A stretch of DNA of 64,000 nt from Octopus sinensis (taxonomy: Eukaryota): contig NC_043016.1 of the NCBI RefSeq assembly GCF_006345805.1, positions 30,380,001-30,444,000 on the forward strand, written 5' to 3'. Made by a program: the position numbers and the translations under genes. Under the pieces are notes generated by a model that saw only the letters and a list, made by a program, of their open reading frames with translations, was not told the DNA's origin and ran no database searches. Below are positions 39,066 through 50,787 of this stretch, one piece after another (positions within the stretch are counted from its first letter, which is position 1; every line of letters starts with the position of its first letter).

Positions 39066-39880
39066 CAGGGTGCAGTGGATAAACTGTCGTCTAAATTATG
39101 CAAAGATGAAAATAACACTGACATTTCATTTTAACAGATGTATTTACCAAAATTACATAAAAATATCTTGAAATACTAAAAAGTAAATCTATTCAATAAT
39201 ATCGCCATTGGTTTCAACCTCGGCCTCCAGCTGACTTTGAAATCTCCTGCAACTCTTCTGGACGGTCTCTTTGTTTAGGTGAATGCTGCCTTAATCCTTG
39301 CCTTCAGTTCATCTTTTGTGTTACAAGGAGTTTTGTTGGTCTCTTGCTCAACTGTGCCCCACGCATAATAAGCAAGCGGGTTGCAGTCTGGGAAGTTAAG
39401 TCGTAGAAATTGTCTGATGGCCATTGTTATGTAATCATCACAACAAACATGAACAATCAACGTTGCCCATTGTCTCCCTTGATACAAGGACATTCAGTAA
39501 GTTTCCCGCCACAACAAATACCTTGTACAACAACGGCAGTCTAATAAAGTATCTCGTATCGTTAACACGTTTTTTCAGTCTCTCTCATTTTCTTAATCTT
39601 TCATACCAAGTACTCACTACTTCCTTTAATACTCAATACATTATATATATATAACAATAACAGCCATGACTGGGTTCTCCTGCTTGTGTGGCATGGTGCA
39701 GAGTCCTCTTGACAGACAAGGTCTTCCAGTAGCCATTCTCTTGACTCAGGGCAACGCTACCTTCTCTAGGCACTTTATGTAGGCCTTCGCGCTGAGTTTG
39801 AAGCCGTGTGAGATGAATGGAGACATAGCTACTCAAGTGGACATAGGGCTTTTGTTGAGTGTGGATGTGAAGAAACATGT
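39066..39880 (-). mobile_element. maT/DD37D-like transposon 3' fragment interrupted by a solo LTR
   Basis: Terminus TA|CAGGGTG; FISHGFKLSAKAYIKCLEKVALP and NFPDCNPLAYYAWGTVEQETNKTPCNTKDELKARI. Confidence 0.8.
39425..39662. mobile_element. 238-bp solo LTR nested in a maT element
   Basis: TGTTAT...ATAACA termini, 5-bp TSD GCCAT (39420-39424 and 39663-39667), AATAAA at 39543. Confidence 0.7.
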
Positions 39881-40065
39881 CTTAAAAGAATGGCTTTAGT
39901 CAACACATAGGCTACGAGGAGTAATGGAATAAAACTGGTTGAACTCTGACAAATTAGATGACCTGAAGTGTCATAGGATCTAGAGGAAGGGGTGCAGTTT
40001 TTCCCTCATTTGTTTACGTATTGACGCCCTGTACCCATATGTGTATGTGTGTGTGCGTGTATATA

Positions 40066-40165
<100 letters not shown>

Positions 40166-40478
40166 CAAAGGGCCAACCTTGTCACACTCTGTGTCATGCT
40201 GGACCTCCCCGAGTACTACGTTAAGGGTACACGTGTCTGTGGAGTGCTCAGCCACTTACAAGTTAATAAATGAGCTGCGACATCACTGGTGCCAAGCTGT
40301 ATCGTTCTTTGCCTTTCTCTTGGATAACATCGGTGACGTAGAGAGGGGAGGCCAGTATGCATGGGCGATTACTGGCCTTCCATAAACAACCTTGCCCGGA
40401 CTTGTGCCTTGGAGAGTAACTTTCTAGGTGCAATCCCATGGTTATTCATGACCGAAGGGGGTCACAACAATATATATA

Positions 40479-40519
<41 letters not shown>

Positions 40520-40522
<3 letters not shown>

Positions 40523-40800
40523 CAGAATGAGATAAAAATCAAGGCTGTGAAAGATATCAGAACATTTATAAGTAGGTCTTACAGCTGTTTCGGGATATTT
40601 TATATATCCCTTCATCAGAGACGGTGTGAGAAAATGGTTAAGCAATAGTTATTCTGGATAAGATATGAATAGAGAGGGAAGTGGGGAATGTAAATAGATG
40701 TAAGATATGCAGGGATATTGTATCTTCAGTTCCATTATTTAAGCAGAATAGTATACGATTCCTGTACCTTGTGATTAAGTTCCAATAGTATATATACATA
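40520..40800 (-). mobile_element. Penelope-like element 3' end / pseudo-LTR remnant carrying the hammerhead
   Basis: Upstream peptide WNLITRYRNRILF resembles the C-terminal 'CRHRNKF' region of PLE ORFs; followed by the hammerhead; bounded by microsatellites. Confidence 0.55.
40576..40622 (-). ncRNA. Minimal type I hammerhead ribozyme (Penelope-associated type)
   Basis: Minus strand reads GUCU-CUGAUGA-A-GGGAUAU(AUAAA)AUAUCCC-GAAA-C(AGCU)G-UA^AGAC: intact core, 7-bp stem II, palindromic CAGCUG stem III, 4-bp stem I. Confidence 0.85.
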
Positions 40801-40805
40801 CATAC

Positions 40806-40811
<6 letters not shown>

Positions 40812-40840
<29 letters not shown>

Positions 40841-41140
40841 TGTATGTATGTATGTATGTATGTATGTATGTATGTATGTATGTATGTATGTATGTTTGTA
40901 TGTATGTATGTATGTATGTATGTATGTATGTATGTATGTATGTATGTATGTATGTATGTATGTATGAATGTATGTATGTATGTATGTATGTATGTATGTA
41001 TGTATGTATGTATGTGCATGTATGTATGTATGTATGTATGTATGTATGTATGTATGTATGTATGTTTGTATGTATGTATGTATGCATGCACGTATGTATG
41101 TGCATGTATGTATGTATGTGTGTATGTATGTATTTATGTA
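40812..41140. repeat. (TATG)n microsatellite
   Basis: Direct reading. Confidence 0.95.
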
Positions 41141-41787
41141 TGTATTTATGTGTTTGTTCCCACCACCACCTTCACCACCGTCGTTTGACAATCGATGTTG
41201 GTGTGTTTACGTCCCCGTCACATAGCAGTATGGCAATAGAAACCGATACAATAAGTACTAGGCTTACAAAGAATAAGTCCTGGGTTCAATTTGTTCCACT
41301 AAAGGCGGTGCTCCAGCATGGCGGCTGCAGTCAAATGACAGAAACAAGTAAAAAAAAAAAATATGGTATGCACTATTTATTCAGCTTATTTCAGGACAGT
41401 TATTTTACAATCAAATTGTAGAATTTCAAGTTTTGGCACAAGGCCAGCAATTTCGAGCGAAATTCATTACATTGACATCAGTACTCAACTGCTACTCATT
41501 TTTATTGACTCCGAAAGGATGAAAGGCAAAGTTGACCACGACGGAATTTGAATTCAGAACGTATAGACGAACGAAATGCCGCTAAGCATTTTACTCGGAG
41601 TGCTCACGATTCTGCCAGCAAGCCGCCTTATTTTAAAATCAAATATTAATGTGTTTTTGATAAAGTGTATGATCAGTGATTGTTGAGAAAGGGATGTAGC
41701 CGGTTTAATTTATTTCCAGTTAATGTCACTTATTCTAATTCTTTTCATGTAGGGTTGAAACTAATCAGTTGAAATTAAAACCATAAA

Positions 41788-42177
41788 TTTATAAATAATA
41801 AAAGCAGAATTTTGTGTGTCTGACTGGGACGCCTGCATCTCCGTCTACATTTGCTTTATATATAGACATATAACTTTATGGAATCAGGATGACCCTAGGA
41901 TTGAAACTCTGGCCTTTATTTGGTTCTTGAACATCCAACATTGGGATCAGGTCTGGATGAGGATTCGTTATATGCAAATTCAAATTTTAAAAGAACTCCA
42001 AAAGTTTGTGAACTTAAAATGTCTTTCATTTAAACTAAATCTAAAGTAATACCATATTGGCAGGTACCAATAAATGCTTATTATTATTGCTGTATTTAGA
42101 TTCTGAGCCGCAAGTCTAATTAGTCCTCCACAGGAGCTAGCTCAAAAGTCCGCAACGGAGTGCGGCTTTTAAACTAG
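41788..42177 (+). mobile_element. Non-autonomous Helitron (about 390 bp)
   Basis: 5' end A|TTTATAAATAATAAAAGCAGAATTTTGTGTGTCTG (TC changed to TT); 3' hairpin CCGCA-acggag-TGCGG followed by CTAG|T. Confidence 0.7.
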
Positions 42178-42343
42178 TTCAGTAATAAATTCTAGCTTTC
42201 CCTCTTGTCTGTCTCGTCAAATCAAATGTCATTTGAAACAACTGTAGCAGATCTCTGTCTAAAATTTGAAACCAGGGTTCGTTATTTCCAATAAATTTTT
42301 GATATATAAAAAAAAGAACACAAACAAGAAAAAATCGAGCTGA

Positions 42344-42408
42344 TGACCTCGTCAGGAAACAAACACGCATAAGATTCATTGACTGACGTCAGCAAAATGA
42401 CGCTGACG
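42344..42408. promoter_or_regulatory. Cluster of CRE/ATF-like sites
   Basis: TGACGTCA (42384-42391), TGACG half-sites (42398, 42404), TGACCTCGTCA (42344-42354). Confidence 0.35.
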
Positions 42409-42674
42409 AAGGTTGTTGATTGCCTAACATAAACTAGGTGGCTCAGCGAGATTTAAGACGGAAGAGAATAGAGCAAGTTTAAGTGTAGATCAGCTGGAAG
42501 AAAGGATTGAAAGTAGCAATTGTCACATGTTCGTGTCAGCTGCTACCAGGCATTCACTTGTTAACTGACAGTCAGTCTTGTCAAATACGAACAATTGAAC
42601 TGCTGCTAGTTTAAGGGTTACAAATTTTAACTGCTGCTAGCAGTTACAAAATAGCAGACGACACTCGCATTCCA

Positions 42675-42675
<1 letters not shown>

Positions 42676-42706
<31 letters not shown>

Positions 42707-42778
42707 ATTTATCTCTCTCTCTCTCTCCCCGAGACAACATTTTTCTCTTTCTTCCTTAGACAACGCTATCTTTCTCTT

Positions 42779-42844
<66 letters not shown>

Positions 42845-42845
42845 A
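42676..42845. repeat. (CT)n/GAGA tract
   Basis: Direct reading. Confidence 0.9.
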
Positions 42846-44798
42846 CCTTTCTCTTTCTATTTATCTCATACATACAAAACGAGTTCACAACCACACAACT
42901 GTACGAAAAGAATTTTCCCTTTGTAGCTCTCTTTGAACGATTGTGTCCGATTAAAACTTAATAAATACAGGATGAATCGGAAACAACTACTCTTCTCATT
43001 CATAGAACTTTCTAGTTTCTATTCATTTTATTGTTATACTAGTGAAAACACCATTTCATTGTTACACTTTTCTTAAAAGCAGATTCACCGACAAGATAAA
43101 TATGTATAAATAAAATTCATAATTTTCTTTATTAAAAAAAAAAGGTTCTCCTCACTTCATCTATTTGATGTCACTGACATTGTATTGAGATGACATGAAA
43201 CAAATTTCGTCTCAATTCTTGCATCAATTTATTCCAGTTTTCCCAGCGCTAGTACTTCTCCGTTCTATAGTTTAAAATTATTAGCTAGCAGGCAAAAAAA
43301 TTGTCATTCAATTAGTATCAGAAGGACAGATGAACACCGTCACAAACTACTTATAACTCTACAACACAAAACCATACTAAACACTTAACATTTTCTTCCC
43401 AATGCTTGTTACCACCTAAAAACCTTTCACTTCTAAATGTTTTAGTCTCCAGATTTCAAAGTAAACATTAACCTGTTTGGAAGGTACGTTGCTTCGTGGT
43501 TAGACAACTGTGTTCTCGATCAGATATTCGACCCTCATTTTGGGAAGTACGTTGTGTCATTACTTAAAGCACTTCGTTTCACTTTATGTCACATTGCTCC
43601 AGTTTACTCAGATCGGCAAAAATAGATATTAGGAGCACCAGAGCGTTCGGTCAGCGTCAAATTAGCGTCGCCATGTTAACAAATTAGCAGTATTTTTTTT
43701 TTCATCTTTTACTTTTTTCAGTCATCGGACTGCAGCTATACTGGGCCACTGCTTTGAAGAGTTTTAGTAGAACAAATCAACCACAAGACAGATTTTTTTT
43801 TTAGCCTGGCATTTATTCTATCGATCTCTTATGCCGAGCCGCTAAGTTACAGGGACAAACATACCAAGCGGCGTGGTGAGGGAGAAACACACGCGCACAC
43901 ACATTATATAAATATATATATATATATTACTTTCCGCACGAAAACTGCGAACGGGCTTCTTTCAGTTTCTGTCAATCAGATCCATTCAGAAGACCTTAGT
44001 CGGCCTGAGACTATAGTAGAAGACAGTTGTCCAAGGTATCACGCACTGGGACTGAACCCGGAACTAAGTGGTTGGGAAGCAAGCTTATTACCACATAACC
44101 AGGACTTCTTTCAGTTTCCGTCTACCAAATCCACTCACAAAGCTTTACTCGGCCCGAGACTATTGCAGAAGATACTTGCCCAAGGTGCCACAAAGTGAGA
44201 CTGAACTCAGAACCATGTGACTACGAAGCAAATTTTTTACCATACAGCCATGCCTGTTCCTATAATCCAAAGACATTCGGACATGAACAAGGATATGTTT
44301 AACAGTGGACTTTTATATCATATCTTTATCTTTATCTTTAACTCTTTTTTGATATTACTAAGCTCACCCAGTTATCAATAATTCCAGGTTATGCTCTTAA
44401 TATAATCAGAATAATATAAAAGCCTAGCCCAACGAAAGCACTTCTATGTGGTTATTAGAAATAACGGCTCAATCCAAAAAAAGAACCCATTGGATGTGAT
44501 CTTGAGTGCTCTGTGGTAGGCAAAATTATTACATGGTCACGACTGGAATACTTTGATCATAAGTCTTCTCTTTGAGAAGATTTATGATCAAATAGAATGC
44601 AAAATGAAAACAATTGAATTTATAATAATTGCTTGCAGTGTTTACCGTTTTACAAAATCAAACTGGAAAATTGGACAAAACAGAGAACACAACTGAAAAA
44701 ATTAAAAAGAAAAAAAAAAAGAAGAAAAAAAATAGAAAAAAAAAACGAACAAAAGTCGAAGACAATTCACCACCTTGAGTTGAAAAGTTGGGGACGCT

Positions 44799-45325
44799 CT
44801 AATGGCTATTGAGACACATCAGCATACTTGCAGCGTTGCTGCGGGTGATGGCGAGGCTGATGCGCTGGAACAGCCAAGCGCCCTCACAATCCTCTGCAAG
44901 GCGAGTTGCCAGTGAAGACAGGAATCTCGAAGTTAGTGGTCCGACCTCACCAAATGTCTCGAACGCCACAGGATGGAAAATGTAGTTGGCCAACAGATCG
45001 CAGTATTTCAGGATTTTGTTCCGCTCGGCCGCAGAAGCTGTGGGTCTCGTCCTGACCGTAGCATCCAGGATGTGAGAAGAAGCAAAGGAGTCGCTAACTG
45101 TGACATCCCAGACAAGGCATCTTGCCTTGCGACCAGGGGCACAGGGTGAGGCCGTCAGGTCTCTTACCATCACATCTAGACAATCCAGATGATTTCAAGG
45201 TGGGGGGGGGGATGTTTGCCCGAGGCCAAGCTCCTCTTGAGTATCACGTTCAACTCCGTATGACGCGCGAATCAACCAGCATTCAAGCGGCGAGAAAGGC
45301 CATGGAGGCCATTGGAGTCGAATAG
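44799..45325 (-). mobile_element. CRE-like non-LTR retrotransposon fragment with restriction-like endonuclease domain
   Basis: Frameshifted HGLSRR..ARHTELNVILKRSL..DGKRPDGLTLCPW, then CLVWDVTVSDS..AERNKILKY..PVAFETFG..FQRISLAITRSNAASM (PD..D..E/K RLE pattern). Confidence 0.8.
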
Positions 45326-45833
45326 CCTGCCACAACGACGGATCAAACTCGATTGTTAAAATTGCGTTTTCATAAATTACAGTAAACGCATTTGGGAATT
45401 GGAAAAAAATTTCAAGATAAACAACGAGCTATCAAAACGAGACAGGGAACTTCATCGTCGCTCGACCTTCCGAGAAACAGGAGCTACACCTTCTTTATAT
45501 TACAGCTAACATCTTTAAAAAAGGAAGAAAGAAAGAAAAAAAAAAAACGAAAGCGCAGGGCACGTTAGATAATGTATTAGAGATACTGTCTGGAAAAACG
45601 ATGAGATTGTCGCTAGTAGTGACTTTGATCATATACCGCTGAACCTGAACCTAAACAGTATTAACAACAAACTGATAAGTGGAAAAGGAAGAAACTTTAC
45701 AAGTAAAATTAATAAAAATTAGAATAAATTTCAAAGGGACATAATTCTTATCAGAAACTACCAACGAACTATTTTGCTGGGTGGCATTAGAATTGAAAAG
45801 ATAAAGAAAACCTCGCCAGTTATTAGTCTAAAG

Positions 45834-46046
45834 CAGGGTGGGCAAACTACGGCCGCGGGCCGCATGCGGCCCGCCATAGGTTTTCATGCGGCCCCGCCGA
45901 GGCTTTTATGAATCCCAACTTCTATGCAGATACTTCGTAACTGGACGGTAATTCACAATATTTTCACTTGATTTTTATAAATGAGGCCCGCCAAGGTTCC
46001 AAAGACGCACTGTGCGGCCCGCGATCAAAAAGTTTGCCCACCCCTG
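45834..46046. mobile_element. hAT (Charlie-type) MITE, 213 bp
   Basis: TIR CAGG(G)GTGGGCAAACT; perfect 8-bp TSD GTCTAAAG. Confidence 0.92.
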
Positions 46047-46389
46047 GTCTAAAGTAATCCTATATTTGCGAAGGGATCATTGACTGAAAAGGAGTGCTCA
46101 AACGTGCACTACATACTCGAATATTTCTTTTATATTAATGGTCTCTTAAATTGCAAAAATTCAGCATTAATATCTTTTTTTTTTTATTACTCAAAGCTAT
46201 ACATTTTATTTCAGGATCTATCATTTATCCTTTACTTGTTTCAATCATTGGGCTGCAGACAAATTATACTTGAACTCCACTGTCTTCTAGTCATACTTGA
46301 AAATTCGGCAAAGAGTTTGACCAGAACATACACAAACGCACACGCCCTAATGCGGAGGACATCCACCCAATGGACCCTTTCCCACCCCT

Positions 46390-47240
46390 GAATATACAGT
46401 AGATTTCCTTGATGTGACCTTGAACTTGGTGTCCAGTACGTATAGACACTTTAGGAAACCAAACGAGAGGTTATCCTATATTAACACTGGTTCCTGTCAT
46501 TCAGCCAAGAACTGGTAAAGGATGTCAGCAGAAGAATCCCCAACCTATCTTTAAGCAAAGGAATTTTTGTCAAACCCGTCCCATACTATAATGAGGTTCT
46601 GGCCGCCATCGGTTTTTAAGAAAAGGATTAGTTATACACCAGACCCTAACCCCTCCAAGAGAAAACACCTCCGGAAAATGTTGCAGTTCACATCATCCTT
46701 CTCTTTAAGTGTTAAAACCCGTGTAGGAAAGATTTTCCTTAATAGACAAACATTTCCCTCGTACAAGTAGATTCAGTAAAATATTTAATAGGCGCACACT
46801 ATGGGTTTCCTTTAGCTATGCACCCAGTGTGAAAAAGAAAAGCATACTAGTATGTTGACCCACACACTAAATCAGTCACTAACTTCATGATTAGGGATCA
46901 CAAATACTAATTTTGTCTCCTTTACCAGTTCGAAGATCCAATTACTGTATATATCTCACCTCACCCCACTCACTCTAAACACGAACGGGTCAAAACAAAT
47001 ATGAAGTCTCGCCTAAGGCAGGGTTTCTCCTGTTGAGTAAACATTTACATAACCAAGACTGCATCACAAAAATTGGCCTATCCCTTTAGAATCAGAAAAT
47101 ACTTCACACCCTCTAAAAATAACATGGCCATCTACAAGGTTTAGTTAGGATCACAACGGAACACTGCTCACAAAACTGGAACAAAGCTGCTAGTGTATAT
47201 TGCTTATCCACACCCAATGAGAGTGCATCCGACTTATTGG
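46390..47240 (+). mobile_element. Degenerate Penelope-like element (RT C-terminus to GIY-YIG region)
   Basis: TVDFLDVTLNLVSSTYRHFRKPNERLSYINTGSCH; SFSLSVKTRVGKIFL; KIFNRRTLWVSFSY; many stops. Confidence 0.8.
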
Positions 47241-47833
47241 AATAAAGTTATTCACCAACATCCTAACCATTATCCCACAGGTGTGCTGTCTCTTCTCTCT
47301 GACTTTTCTACTGCTACAATAGTGGTTGCTGACCCTGGAAGCTAGTTGCTGGCCTACATCACTCAAGCACTCCTAACTTAGCGTTTTCCTTTTATCACAA
47401 CTTTTGTATCGTTGATTATTAAGCTACCCAAACTTTGGGCCACTCGAGTTCCATTTGTGCATATGTTTCTACTACTGCAATCAATTTGCAATTATTTTGA
47501 TCAGCTCAAATATGTTTGGGACATATTTAACCTATAAAAAGCCCATTTTCACCCGGTTTGCGTTAGAGGAAGGTTCTCTCTTTAGGCATCACCCATTGAG
47601 GACTAACATACATTTTAAGCTACTTCTCCTCTCATCAGTATTAAATGGCTTTATATTTTTACGCCATTTGCTAAAGCAAGAATATTCTTCTGTGACAAAT
47701 CCCAGTGAAAATTATCTATGCCAATATGAACTGTTAACATGTTTATGCAGTCAAATGCATTAGAAGCAGTGCCGTCTTAAAGCATAAGCACACTGATCTA
47801 TGAATGTTAAAGCTAGTAGTCAATGAATAAATG

Positions 47834-48305
47834 TGGTGCTACTTTGGCATGTGATCTACAAGGGAGATTACTTTAGCTTACTTTTTGGTTTACTTTTTAA
47901 TTTCTAAAAACCCGTAAGATGTTGGCTAGAGATTTTTACAATGTGATCAGCGACGAGACGAAGGTAGTTGCATTTTTACATGAAACCAGCACTAAATTCA
48001 CATCATTTCTTTAAAAAAATAGAAAGGTGCCACTTTGGCGTGCGATCTACAATTTAAAGGGAGATTACTTTAGGTTACGTTTTAGTTTACTTTGTGTTGG
48101 TGCTACTTTCCGTGTGATCCACGTGAGAAAATTTACTTGGGTGGGTGGGTGATCTACGCGCTTATTTTAATTATTATATAGTTTTCTTACTATTAAAATA
48201 GTAAGATTTTTAAAAACTACATTTGTAATGCTATATATATACAAAATAATTTAAAAAGTAAACTTAATTAATCGCCCTTGTAGATCACACGCCAACGTAG
48301 CACCG
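47834..48305. mobile_element. Unclassified MITE with about 35-bp TIRs and 6-bp TSD; older copy at about 4176-4522
   Basis: TIR GGTGCTAC(T/G)TTGGC(A/G)TGTGATCTACAAGGG(A/C)GATT; TSD TAAATG (47828-47833 and 48306-48311). Confidence 0.8.
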
Positions 48306-48829
48306 TAAATGCTGTAGGGTCCAGTACAGTGGTTTTCCCAGGGGTCTCGCATGCTGTTAAGACGATCCTGATTAGAAGTGTGCAAAAAAGTTACAAGATG
48401 GTGTTTTCTTGACAATAGTTTTAAGTAAAGTGTTGACTCAATAACATTTCTATTTAAACTTAAGGTAGCGAGCTGGCAGAACCGCTAGCACACTGTGGAA
48501 AATACTTATCGACATTTCGTCCGTCTTACGTTCTGAGTTCAAATTCCACTGAGTACGACTTTGCCTTTCATTCTTTCGGGGTCGGTAAAAAAAAGTACCA
48601 GTTGAGCACTGGGGTCGATATAATCGATTTAATCTCTCACCCCGAACTTGCTGGCCTTGTGCCAAAATTTGATGCCAATATTTTTATCTAACCTTACGGC
48701 AGATTAAAAACCTAGAATTGTTTCCACTCTTATGAGTGACGTTCGATTAAAGAGTCGTGCACTCGTACACGTGAATGATGATCATTGATTTGGAGGTAGG
48801 AAGGAGGAGAACAGTTTATTTACTAACAA

Positions 48830-49400
48830 AGGTGATGATAGCAGAATGAGAAGTCGTGATCTCACAGATCTTTTCCAGTCATCAATGGGAATGTAATATG
48901 TTCTGAGATTGGATTTCAAGATGCTGTTGTACATTTTATGCTGGCCTTCTTTTAAATGTTAGCTTTTCGCTAGTTCCCTGTAAAAGAGAATTTTTGGTAT
49001 AAGGTTGTCTTCCAATCTAACAACAACGTCCAATCCAACAGAGATGGTCTTTGATGGAAAGAGCTTCAAACCTTTCAATTTTGCATTACTTTAGTAAAAT
49101 TGTGTTAAGTACTGTGTCTTTCCCTCAAGATGCTACAAATTTTGAAATGTCTTAGGTGAAGCTGGTCTAGTTTTTATCACATCGTTGGTTCCGTGTTCAT
49201 GTCTAACAACCAATTAAAGCAAAGGCAGAATTCCATGTTCTGTGATGCATTCTGAGACCAGAATCTGAGAGGCATTTTTCCAAAAGTAACACTTGCTTCC
49301 TCCGTGCGTTTATCTTCTTGCTTCTGCGGGCATTCTGTGAGCAGAAGACCTCACCGGTTAACAAAATATCGTAAAGTTGGCAATAGTAAACACAATGTAG
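48830..49400 (-). mobile_element. Degenerate RTE/BovB-like LINE fragment
   Basis: Minus-strand pieces with stops and frameshifts such as LEDNLIPKILFYREL and SILKSNLRTYYIPIDDW resemble the RTE RT C-terminus. Confidence 0.65.
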
Positions 49401-49569
49401 TAAAACACGACATTTTAATTGATTAAAATTTTAGAGATGCGAACAAATATTTATCTAAATTAAGTGACAATCCTGAAGAAAGAAAACACAAAATTTCAAA
49501 AATATCAAAAAATTTGTCACTCGCCGCAATGCATGCAAAAACTATTCGTTCATTTGTTCTATTCAATTC

Positions 49570-50186
49570 TTCTTATTCTTCTTTTCTTCTTCTTCTCTTC
49601 TTTCTTCTTCTTCTTCTTCTTCTTCTTCTTCTTTTCTTCTTTCTTCTTCTTCTTCTTCTTCTTCTTCTTCTTCTTCTTCTTCTTCTTCTTCTTCTTCTAC
49701 TTCTCCTTCTTCTTAGGCCTCTTGATTCCTTGGGCGCGGTTCTGGGGGATCCTCTTCAGCTCGGCCCATGTCATTCCGGTTGCCCTCACCTCTGCGTCGA
49801 CACTGCTGCGCCAAGGCTGTTTTGGTCGGCCCACTTTTCGCTTTCCCTGTGAGTTACATTCAAGAGCCTGCTTGGTGACATTTGGTGCGGGCTTTCGTAG
49901 CATGTGGCGTTTCATCCCCATTTTCGTTTCTTGATATCTGTCTCGATTGGGGCTGTCTTGTCCTGTCCCACAGTTGTTCATCTGAGGCGTCCTCTGGTCA
50001 CCTGATGTTAAGGATGTTTCTGAGGCATCTGCTAGTGAATGTCTGGAGAAGATCCGGATCTTCAACACAAATGTTAAGTAAGTTTTACTTTATGGTTCAG
50101 AAACCTTGGCGAGTGACCAAGACTAGTACCCAGAAGCTCCAGACGTTCACTAATAGGTGTCTCGGGATCATCCTTAACATCAGGTT
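49570..50186 (-). mobile_element. RTE (SR2-like) LINE 3' fragment with (GAA)n tail and inverted 5' segment
   Basis: Minus: HMLRKPAPNVTKQALECNSQGKRKVGRPKQPW. Plus 50040-50186: KIRIFNTNVK*VLLYGSE...QKLQTFTNRCLGIILNIR. Confidence 0.85.
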
Positions 50187-50399
50187 CACATCACTAAAAA
50201 CGTAATAAATATTTTTAGAATTACTGCATCAAATATATTAACATCCACTTTATTTATTAAATTTTCATGCAGTAGGTTTCCCTTGATATTTTCTTCAATC
50301 ATTCAATATTTTGATGCCTTTAACAATTATGGACACTCTACAAAGCTCAGGTGAAACCACAATGGAACATAGCGCACACATCTGGGGCAATGTCTACTG

Positions 50400-50787
50400 G
50401 TGGATGGAAGCACTCCGTCGGTTACGACGACGAGGGTTCCGGTTGATCCGAATCGACGGAACAGCCTGCTCGTGAAATTAATGCGTAAGTGGCCGAGCAC
50501 TTCACAGACTCGTGAACCCTTAACGTAGTTCTCGGGGATATTCAGCGTGACACAGAGGGTGACAAGGCCGGCCCTTTGAAATACAGGTACAACAGAAACA
50601 GGAAGTAAGAGTGAGAGAAAGTTGTGGTGAAAGAGTACAGCAGGGATCACCACCATCCCCTGCCGGAGCCTCGTGGAGCTTTAGGTGATTTCGCTCAATA
50701 AACACTCACAATGCCCGGTTTGGGAATCGAAACCGCGATCCTACGACCGCGAGTCCGCTGCCCTAACCACTGGGCCATTGCGCCTCC
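50400..50787 (-). mobile_element. tRNA-derived SINE family C (OK-like), full length; partial copies at about 7690-7985(-) and 40160-40270(+)
   Basis: Head GGAGGCGCAATGGCCCAGTGGTTAGGGC..GGTTTCGATTCCC; perfect 13-bp TSD GCAATGTCTACTG. Confidence 0.9.

Noticed and set aside
42105-42170. Cloverleaf-like structure ending in TTTT as a Pol III ncRNA or tRNA
   Set aside because: No tRNA T-loop or A/B boxes; better explained as a Helitron 3' hairpin plus CTAG.
42340-42365. CTGATGA...GGAAAC resembling a hammerhead core
   Set aside because: Stem II has only one possible pair and there is no GUH/stem III partner on either side.
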